Made by a program: the position numbers and the translations under genes. The notes under the pieces were generated by a model. The model was not told the origin of the DNA and did no database searches. It saw only the letters and a program-made list of their open reading frames with translations. Below are positions 15,721 to 23,109 of a stretch of 64,000 nt of DNA, piece after piece. Location: assembly GCA_964634445.1 (NCBI GenBank), contig CAZWJA010000002.1, forward strand, positions 9,844 to 73,843, read 5' to 3'. Positions within the stretch are counted from its first letter, which is position 1, and every line of letters starts with the position of its first letter. The DNA is from an uncultured Candidatus Saccharibacteria bacterium (GTDB lineage: Bacteria; Patescibacteriota; Saccharimonadia; Saccharimonadales; AWTP1-31).

Positions 15721-16568
15721 TGAAGGAAGGCGAACATAAAGGCGTACACGATTAATGCCAGTACGGCGTTGAAGATTCTTTTCTTTGCATTACCAGCTTT
15801 TTGAGGATCGCCGGCTGAAGTAGAGTATTGGATACCGGCAACGATGAGTACAATAACGATTATTAAACCTACCAAACCAGATAGTATATTAATAAACATC
15901 TTTAAATAATAGGTGATCTTACAGTTACCCTCGCTAATGTCACCGTTCTTGCAATCCATAACCACTTGGCATTTATTATTTTCATTGTTGGCAATTTCTT
16001 TATCTGAACCTTCGCAGGGAGGATGTTCGGCAAGATTCTTCGTTGGATCATCCTGTCCTCCTGTCTGGCTGCCATCGCTACTTAACGCTGGCAAATTGCA
16101 ATATGCTGGCCTTGCACCTGTCTTGTCTTTGCAAAGAGATGTGTTGTAGGGCTGTGAACATTCTGCAGGAAGCTCGCTAACTGCTCCAATACACGCGGAG
16201 TTACTAGTATCTAAAGCTGTATTACCAATTTGATTTAAAAGTTCCTGCTGATTGGGCTGCTTGCTGAACCAAACAAGATAGCCGTTAGTCCATTCTGTAT
16301 TGCAGTTACTTTTATCCTGCCGGTTTGCACAGAAAAAATCGACGTAGATCTTGGCTACTTTCAAAACACACTCAGTCCTGACCGGGTTACCAACTCTTGG
16401 ACAAGAACCAATGTTATTATTGAACTTCAAATATGTAGCGTCGGTATCGGCTGCATATGCCTTGGCAGTTGTAATCCCCATAAAGGCTAGGAATAGGAAA
16501 GTAAACGCCAGAAGTTTTATAGTAAAACTGAGATTTAAGTTTTTTATTTTAGAAATATTCATATACAT
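15693..16568 (-). CDS. Enlarged TrbC/VirB2-like pilin paralogue P6 with a ~190-aa Cys-rich ectodomain
   Basis: Signal peptide (IKLLAFTFLFLAFMGITTAKAYA). I count 12 cysteines in the ectodomain. C-terminal hairpin LIIVIVLIVAGIQYSTSAGDPQKAGNAKKRIFNAVLALIVYAFMFAFL. Confidence 0.75.
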   Translation of the reverse strand: MYMNISKIKNLNLSFTIKLLAFTFLFLAFMGITTAKAYAADTDATYLKFNNNIGSCPRVGNPVRTECVLKVAKIYVDFFCANRQDKSNCNTEWTNGYLVWFSKQPNQQELLNQIGNTALDTSNSACIGAVSELPAECSQPYNTSLCKDKTGARPAYCNLPALSSDGSQTGGQDDPTKNLAEHPPCEGSDKEIANNENNKCQVVMDCKNGDISEGNCKITYYLKMFINILSGLVGLIIVIVLIVAGIQYSTSAGDPQKAGNAKKRIFNAVLALIVYAFMFAFLQWLVPGGIF

Positions 16569-16767
16569 CTTTCATGCAATTATACTTCTTTTGAATTGTT
16601 CTAACAAATAAGCATATAGTAAGTTTTGCGCTCATGAATAAATACTGATTGCTTATTTAGTATAAGCTAAATTATAATCTAATAGTGAGAATAATCGTAA
16701 GCATTATAAATACACAATTATTATAGTATTATGTAAAGTTGGCGATTAGACCTTAATCAAAAAAATA

Positions 16768-19668
16768 ATGCGAATATTTAAAATTCATACTAAACATCTG
16801 GCACGTTTGTCTCTGATAGTTTCTTTATTTGTATTATTCGTACCCTTAATTAGTGGATTTTTTGTAAATAAAGCCTTTGCCGCATCCGCAGCTATAACGG
16901 TTAAAAACAAAAAATCTATTACAGTTGATCAAGTTACATTAGATACAAGTAACTTCGGACTAACGGAAGGCTTGCCAGAGCTGGTAAATAACGAGTCGGT
17001 TGTTGGCGAATATACAGCGGTAGACGGGCAAACTGGGGTCTATACCAAACAGCTGCCAGTAGCGTCAAAGGATATTAATAATTGGTCCTGTGTTAAGAAG
17101 AGTAATTTAGATGCTGATACTCCTAGAATAAACGTAAAGATTTATTCAAAAGACAAGAAAAACTATATTGTCACATTCTTTGGCTACAATGTTGATACCC
17201 TGGAAAGGAAAACAAATGGTGCTGACGGTTATCAAGACTATCCTTTTTGCAATAGTAATGCTAGACCCTTTAAGACTATAGGTAATGATTTCGTAATCAA
17301 AAATGGAGAAGTTCTAGGGATCTTAGAAGATTACGGCGGAGCTGTAACCGACGGTACCGAGAAAGCTGAAGATGACGCAGCAGATAAAAACGCAGTAGCA
17401 GTTCAAAAGGAAGGCTGTGAAGCGCATACCGCAGCAGTCGGCTGGCTGCTATGTCCAGTGCTCAAAATTGTCGGGGGAGCTTTAAACTGGGTGGATACCC
17501 AGCTAGCAAGATTGCTAGAAGTAGACAAAGATAAGTTTACAAGCAAGGAAATGTATAAATCCTGGTCGCAATTCCGTAATATCGGATTAACTTTATTAGT
17601 AGCAGTAATGCTGGTGATGGTAATCAGTACAGCACTTGGTTTCAGCTTCTTGGATGCCTATACGGTCAAGAAAGCGATGCCGAGGATGATTGCAGCCGTA
17701 ATCTTTATGCTATTGTCGTGGTATATATGTGCGTTATTAATAGAACTGTCGAACGCAGTAGGAAGCGGCGTCCTAGGTCTAATGACATCTCCGTTCGGGG
17801 CAAAAGCTAACAGTCTTGCATCTCTTTTCAATCCAGATAATGTTGGTGGAGCCATTGGTGGCTTCCTGCAAATAGGTGGAATTGCAATTGCTGTGACTGC
17901 TTTTGCAACCATTCAGGCGGCTGCCGGAATCCTATTAACTTGGATGGGTACGGGTCTGCTTATTATGGCGATCGCATTCATAGTCCTAATAGCGCGACAA
18001 ATGTTTATAATTGTGCTTATATTGTTTGCTCCTTTAGCAATACTAGCTTGGATATTCCCGGGTAACGATAAGCTTTGGAAACTATGGTGGCAAAGCTTCA
18101 GTAAGTTGCTACTAATGTACCCGATAGTAATGGCATTGATTGGAGCAGGTAGAATATTTGCTGCAGTAGTAGCTGATACAGAAGGTGCTGGGCTTGACGG
18201 TGGATTACTAAAACCCTTACTTAAAATGACCGCTTATATACTACCTTATGCCTTTATCCCGCTGACATTCAAAGCCGCGGGCGGACTCTTTGGAAATCTC
18301 GTTGGAATGGCCAACGATCGAAGCCGTGGGGCCTTCGACCGACTTAAAAAGGCTCGTCAAAAAGGATATTCAACTATCGGCCACAATGCCCGAGGAGGCA
18401 ATTTCTTCAGGTCTAATTCCGCAGACAAGAATGCGCTTGCCAACCGATTGAACCAAAAAGTCAGCAAGGGTACTTTCATCGGCAAAGCCGGCTTAAGGCC
18501 ATCCAGAATGAAGGCCAATATGGCCTCGGCCCAGTCCACTGCCAGTTTTGACCATGCCGTAGAAGCCATGGAAAAAGACGCTTCACTTCGGGCTGTAATT
18601 GCCAACGACGATTTCATGTCAGCCGGTAAATTCAGGAACGGTTCAGCCGAAGACGTACGATCGTACTTGGCATCAAAAGGTTATAAGGGTGACAACCTGG
18701 ATCAGGGTGTAGCAGCCGTCATGCAGGCCAAGAAATCAGTCGGCGAGCACGCCTTCGGAATCGCTGCTTCTATCGCACTTCCTGGAACAGGTACGGCCTT
18801 TAACGGCGGTGCAGGTGAAATGCTAGCCGATATTGCTGAAACGGCCCATGGGGACTCCGTAATGGGTACCAGGATACTGGCTGCAGCCCGCTCTAATGCT
18901 GAAAAAGCCAGACGATACGATCTTTCCGGAGCCGGCTTTGGTGCAAGCGCTAAGACTCTTGTACAGATGATGAATCAGGGTACTTCCCAACAGCAGATTG
19001 ACCAGGCTACCGAATATCTAACCGACGAAGCCCTGAAAGTTAACGGCGCGGGTGCTATAGCCGGCGGTAGGGGAACTTCAGTACGCAACTTCGTACCGGC
19101 TATGACTCGCCGAGTCGAAAGAGCCCAGGAACAAGTAGATCAGGCTTACAAGGTTGGAGACGAAGCCAAGATAAAGGCGGCCGAGAGGGAATACAAGCAG
19201 GCTTTGGCATCTACGGCCAGCATCCTTGACGTTGCCGGCCAGGTAAGTCCGGAAAACGCCAAACTTGTTGCCGACGGGGTTATGTCGCACGCCACAGTCA
19301 ACTACCAGTACGAAGATAAAGCCTATGAAGAAGTTGAAGTGCCGGTTATGGTTGCCCAAGCGGATGCCAGCGGAGCAACCGTTCAAGTGCAGGCTACAAT
19401 TCCCGAACAGGATGTTGCTGGCAATCCAACTGGCCGGATGGTTGGTGCTACCCGAAAAGTCAGGCGTGTTAAGGACGATGGAGTTGCTAGAGTTAAGAAG
19501 CCTACTTATGTCACAATCGGGCAGGCTTTGGACTCTTACCGAGACGATCCGGAATTCGGACAGATGCGACGCGAATATGGTGCTGCACAAAGAGATCAAT
19601 TGGAAAGGCAGCAGCGGGCAATGCCAGGCTATACTCCACAGGCTGGAATGCAACCACCACCATTCTAA
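16768..19668 (+). CDS. VirB6/TrbL-like polytopic T4SS channel protein with large N-terminal ectodomain and ~450-aa C-terminal tail
   Basis: Signal peptide, ~200-aa Cys-containing ectodomain, at least six TM helices around residues 215-510 (e.g. LLIMAIAFIVLIARQMFIIVLILFAPLAILAWIF), and a long hydrophilic tail ending QPPPF. First gene of the core operon. Confidence 0.65.
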   Translation: MRIFKIHTKHLARLSLIVSLFVLFVPLISGFFVNKAFAASAAITVKNKKSITVDQVTLDTSNFGLTEGLPELVNNESVVGEYTAVDGQTGVYTKQLPVASKDINNWSCVKKSNLDADTPRINVKIYSKDKKNYIVTFFGYNVDTLERKTNGADGYQDYPFCNSNARPFKTIGNDFVIKNGEVLGILEDYGGAVTDGTEKAEDDAADKNAVAVQKEGCEAHTAAVGWLLCPVLKIVGGALNWVDTQLARLLEVDKDKFTSKEMYKSWSQFRNIGLTLLVAVMLVMVISTALGFSFLDAYTVKKAMPRMIAAVIFMLLSWYICALLIELSNAVGSGVLGLMTSPFGAKANSLASLFNPDNVGGAIGGFLQIGGIAIAVTAFATIQAAAGILLTWMGTGLLIMAIAFIVLIARQMFIIVLILFAPLAILAWIFPGNDKLWKLWWQSFSKLLLMYPIVMALIGAGRIFAAVVADTEGAGLDGGLLKPLLKMTAYILPYAFIPLTFKAAGGLFGNLVGMANDRSRGAFDRLKKARQKGYSTIGHNARGGNFFRSNSADKNALANRLNQKVSKGTFIGKAGLRPSRMKANMASAQSTASFDHAVEAMEKDASLRAVIANDDFMSAGKFRNGSAEDVRSYLASKGYKGDNLDQGVAAVMQAKKSVGEHAFGIAASIALPGTGTAFNGGAGEMLADIAETAHGDSVMGTRILAAARSNAEKARRYDLSGAGFGASAKTLVQMMNQGTSQQQIDQATEYLTDEALKVNGAGAIAGGRGTSVRNFVPAMTRRVERAQEQVDQAYKVGDEAKIKAAEREYKQALASTASILDVAGQVSPENAKLVADGVMSHATVNYQYEDKAYEEVEVPVMVAQADASGATVQVQATIPEQDVAGNPTGRMVGATRKVRRVKDDGVARVKKPTYVTIGQALDSYRDDPEFGQMRREYGAAQRDQLERQQRAMPGYTPQAGMQPPPF

Positions 19669-19692
19669 AATACCTTTGACAAATATTAGTGT

Positions 19693-21042
19693 TTGTGCTT
19701 AAATATAAGTATGCCCTCTCCTGACAAATACGTTTCTCCACAGGACATTCTAATGGACACGTTTGGTGCTCCGAAAGTTATCAATGGAAAACCTTATTAC
19801 GCCCAACAGCCTTCATATGAACCGACTGACTACGGCAACATCTCTACTCCTCATGAGTTCGAGGAAGTTATTTCAGAGATCAGAGAAGCGACAAGACCCC
19901 CTGAAAGAATTACCGTCGATCCTGTAAATGTAGACCCGGCCAGGCTTTCGTTCGTTGGAATTAGAACTGTTATCAATCAGCGGAGAATCGACAGGCAGAA
20001 CAATAAAATACTGAACAGCGGCAGAGACGACAGATACATTACCGATCTTGCAATTGCAATCTTAAACCAAGACGACTATATGGCTAAGCCGGTACGAGGT
20101 AGGGTACTACGCCCCGGCAATTGGAGACAGAATAGGCTCTTAAGGAAAATAGATAATAAAAGAGGCCAAATGGCCCACGGCTTAGGCTACAACAATCACA
20201 TGCACCGCGAGTTCTATCAATCGGATGCAACAAAATCCGCTCTAGCTTTAGATCATGGAGAGCGCAAAGCCAGGCGTAAGGCAGAAAAATCTGCCCATAC
20301 TTCAATGCACCACTTCGAAAAAGCTTCGGAAAAACTAGTTAAAATCGCAGCTCCAAATCATGCAAAGAATAAAAAGCGACGAGAAAAAATTGCTGAGCTC
20401 GAAGAAAAGCGCATAGCTCTTGAAAAGGCAAGAGGAATCAAGCAGGTTGGAAAAGCCAATAAAGCCAATAACAAGCGAGTAAGGAAAACCACTTCTTTCA
20501 GGAAAGAAGCTACTGAAGTTATTAAGAGCAAATCTCTAATAGTTGACGATACCGCCCGCATAGAAGGCACTAAACTGGAACGTGATATCAACAACGTCAG
20601 GTTTAGCAGGTTAGAAAAGAAAGTTGATTTCAACCGGGAAGTATTGAACGGATCCTACTTCGATCTAATGTCCGACGGCCCGGAAACTCCAATTCTTGAC
20701 GAAAAGATTACCAGCGCATTGAACCCCATGAAGAGATTCAAGCTTCGGGAAATTCGTGACATTATCGATACCGCTAAAGCCAAGGTCACTGAAACCGGCG
20801 AACCACTGACTGACGACGAGCGCCTAGAGTTAAGGAAGCAGATTTCTGAAATCTTAAAAGAAAAGAAAAGATTAAAACAGCATAGAGACAATGAGCAAAA
20901 AGATGAACGTCTGTCCCGACAGCTCGAAAACGCTGAACAGGACAAAGTAGAACGAAAAAACCGCTATGAAGCCGTCAAGCGCCAATATAGTCGTGGCCAC
21001 CACTTAAGAAAAGTGCACGGACGCTTCAAGCACCGTAAGTAA
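19693..21042 (+). CDS. Lys/Arg/Glu-rich hypothetical protein inside the T4SS operon
   Basis: 449 aa with runs such as KARRKAEKSAH, KNKKRREKIAELEEKR and KANKANNKRVRK, and C-terminal RGHHLRKVHGRFKHRK. No TM segment. The start may be ATG 19711 rather than TTG 19693. Confidence 0.7.
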   Translation: MCLNISMPSPDKYVSPQDILMDTFGAPKVINGKPYYAQQPSYEPTDYGNISTPHEFEEVISEIREATRPPERITVDPVNVDPARLSFVGIRTVINQRRIDRQNNKILNSGRDDRYITDLAIAILNQDDYMAKPVRGRVLRPGNWRQNRLLRKIDNKRGQMAHGLGYNNHMHREFYQSDATKSALALDHGERKARRKAEKSAHTSMHHFEKASEKLVKIAAPNHAKNKKRREKIAELEEKRIALEKARGIKQVGKANKANNKRVRKTTSFRKEATEVIKSKSLIVDDTARIEGTKLERDINNVRFSRLEKKVDFNREVLNGSYFDLMSDGPETPILDEKITSALNPMKRFKLREIRDIIDTAKAKVTETGEPLTDDERLELRKQISEILKEKKRLKQHRDNEQKDERLSRQLENAEQDKVERKNRYEAVKRQYSRGHHLRKVHGRFKHRK

Positions 21043-21073
21043 ATAGTTATCAACTCTTGTCACTCTTAAGTTA

Positions 21074-22126
21074 ATGCAGGATACTGTATGTATGGCGTCG
21101 TACAAGGTTTTGCAGGATATCGAAGCGGACGATAAGTTCGTTGGTCCGCTGACATTAAAACAATTTATATTCGCTGCTATTGCTGCCGTGTCAGCTTATA
21201 TGGGCGTGTTCCTGTTAACCAAGGGGGTCTGGGTACTAACTTTCCCTTTGGTACCAATTATTATCGTATGCGCCTTCTTGGCATTTCCTTGGGGAAGAGA
21301 CCAGCCGACCGAAGTTTGGCTACTTGCTAAAATTTACTACTTCTTTAAGCCGCGTAAAAGAATTTGGGACCAATCAGGCATGCAGGAACTGGTTAGAATT
21401 ACGGCTCCTGCAAAGATAGAAGAATATAACAGCGACAATCTTACCCAGACTGAAGTAAAAAGCCGACTAAAAGCTCTAGCTGATACTATCGATAGCCGAG
21501 GCTGGGCAGTCAAGCATGCAGCTTATCCAGCCGATCAGAATACCATATCCCCCAGCAACGACAGGTTATTAGACGCTGAAACAATACTTCCTACTGCCGT
21601 CAATGATGACATTCAGGATATGAAGGATATATTCGATGAGAGTAATGTTGCTAAGCTAGATTCAAAGCTAAACGAGAGCAGTGCTGCATATAAAGACGAG
21701 GTTAGGGAAAAGATTGAAGATATAGCCAGTTTGCCTGAAGACAAGCGGAACATGGCAGAGAATAACTTCTGGTTTATGGACCAGCCCGAACCAGCCAAGA
21801 ACGGCCTAACTACATTCACTACCCGATCGGCTACAGATAGAGGACCGGATGATGTACTTCCTGACACTTTTAGAGGATCCGAACTGCCATCAGTCGATGA
21901 AACAAAAGCTGATAATATTCTAAAGTCCAAACAACGTCAGCCTGATCAAATCCTAAGAAATCATAGGTCCTTGTCTCCTAGTGGTAATTCCGGTAATAGT
22001 AGCCGTTTTAGTGCGGTGACAGACACCCCTAGTCCTGATACAATTAGACGTGCAAGGAGCGACAGCCGAACAATCGAAAGTCTACAGCGTGAAGGTGAAG
22101 ACGAGGTTGTTGTTCCATTACATTAG
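21074..22126 (+). CDS. PrgI/VirB3-like two-TM T4SS protein with long hydrophilic C-terminal extension
   Basis: YKVLQDIEADDKFVGPLTLKQFIFAAIAAVSAYMGVFLL followed by a second TM (VWVLTFPLVPIIIVCAFLAF), the PrgI/VirB3 pattern. It sits upstream of VirB4. The start may be M7 (21092). Confidence 0.7.
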   Translation: MQDTVCMASYKVLQDIEADDKFVGPLTLKQFIFAAIAAVSAYMGVFLLTKGVWVLTFPLVPIIIVCAFLAFPWGRDQPTEVWLLAKIYYFFKPRKRIWDQSGMQELVRITAPAKIEEYNSDNLTQTEVKSRLKALADTIDSRGWAVKHAAYPADQNTISPSNDRLLDAETILPTAVNDDIQDMKDIFDESNVAKLDSKLNESSAAYKDEVREKIEDIASLPEDKRNMAENNFWFMDQPEPAKNGLTTFTTRSATDRGPDDVLPDTFRGSELPSVDETKADNILKSKQRQPDQILRNHRSLSPSGNSGNSSRFSAVTDTPSPDTIRRARSDSRTIESLQREGEDEVVVPLH

Positions 22127-22155
22127 TTTTTTAATTCAGGTGGGAAATTTACATA

Positions 22156-23109
22156 ATGGATCCATATAACCAATCAAACCCAGCCGATCCAAATCTCGCT
22201 GGCTCTTATAGCGGTGTCGCAAACCCTACTGTACCTAGGGTAGATGCCGGGCAATATGCAAATATGGCAGCCCAGCCTAACCCTATGCCGGGAGCTGTTC
22301 CAGCCGTGAATATAGCCGGTGGCAGCTATTCGCCCCATACTGGCAATGTACAAGCACCTACGGCAATGGTTCCAAAAACCAACCCGAACAGTACGCAGAA
22401 CTCTCTCCAAATTGCTGAGGTAAGGGACGGTATCGTAATTATGAACGACGGCAGCTTCAGGTCTGTTATTATGGTAAAATCTATCAACTTCGATTTAATG
22501 AGCCCTCAGGAAAGAGAAGCAGTAGAGTACAGCTACCAGGGATTTTTAAACTCTTTGTATTTTCCAATCCAAATAACAGTTCGATCACAAAAAGTAGACC
22601 TTGGGCCCTATATAGACAAGCTGGATAAGATCAGGACTGAGCATGACAATATGCTGTTGGCGCTACTCATGGAAGACTATATTGAATTCATGTCGCAATT
22701 AAGTGTCCAGACAAATATCATGGATAAGAAGTTCTATGTCATAATTCCATTTTTTCCAAGTGCTGATTTACAACAGACCCTTAAGGCTAGCAAGGGTTTA
22801 CTGAAAGGTGTTTCATCTATGTTCAGCCGAAAGCCTACTGCTCAGGTTGTTATCAACGAGAACGATCTGTCGAAAGCAAAGGATGAGCTCCGCAATAGGG
22901 TACAGGCAGTCTTAGGCGGACTTATGCAGTGCGGTATACAAGGCCTACCCTTAGACACCCAAGAATTAATCGAACTTTATTATGACAGCTACAACCCGGA
23001 CACAGCTACCCGCCAGGAACTGGCCAACTTCAATTCACTTAATGCCCCGATTGTTTCAAAAGGACTAGGCGAAGCACATAACCCTAATTTAGACAGGGAG
23101 AGTCAGTAA
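22156..23109 (+). CDS. Hypothetical protein: Pro/Asn/Ala-rich N-terminus plus a domain resembling the N-terminal (non-ATPase) domain of monoderm VirB4 proteins
   Basis: IAEVRDGIVIMNDGSFRSVIMVKSINFDLMSPQEREAVEYSYQGFLNSLYFPIQITVRS resembles VirB4/TrsE-type N-domains. No Walker motifs. SD AGGTGGGA upstream. TAATG overlap with virB4. Confidence 0.55.
   Translation: MDPYNQSNPADPNLAGSYSGVANPTVPRVDAGQYANMAAQPNPMPGAVPAVNIAGGSYSPHTGNVQAPTAMVPKTNPNSTQNSLQIAEVRDGIVIMNDGSFRSVIMVKSINFDLMSPQEREAVEYSYQGFLNSLYFPIQITVRSQKVDLGPYIDKLDKIRTEHDNMLLALLMEDYIEFMSQLSVQTNIMDKKFYVIIPFFPSADLQQTLKASKGLLKGVSSMFSRKPTAQVVINENDLSKAKDELRNRVQAVLGGLMQCGIQGLPLDTQELIELYYDSYNPDTATRQELANFNSLNAPIVSKGLGEAHNPNLDRESQ

Noticed and set aside
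13812-16611. Plus-strand ORFs antisense to the pilin genes (13812-14171, 14348-14551, 15434-15739, 15913-16149, 16351-16611)
   Set aside because: They mirror the hydrophobic pilin genes on the opposite strand. The six minus-strand products share a conserved motif, whereas these do not.
16649-16678. TTGCTT-18-TATAAT promoter-like match in the divergent spacer between the pilin array and the core operon
   Set aside because: It is plausible, but the 200-bp spacer is so AT-rich that several comparable matches exist on both strands. That is not enough support to report it as a feature.
17658-19741. Several 76-191-aa ORFs (17658-17912, 18357-18617, 19078-19653, 19265-19702, 19511-19741) inside or overlapping the VirB6-like gene
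   Set aside because: All are nested in or antisense to a long, coherent 966-aa ORF and have biased, low-complexity translations.
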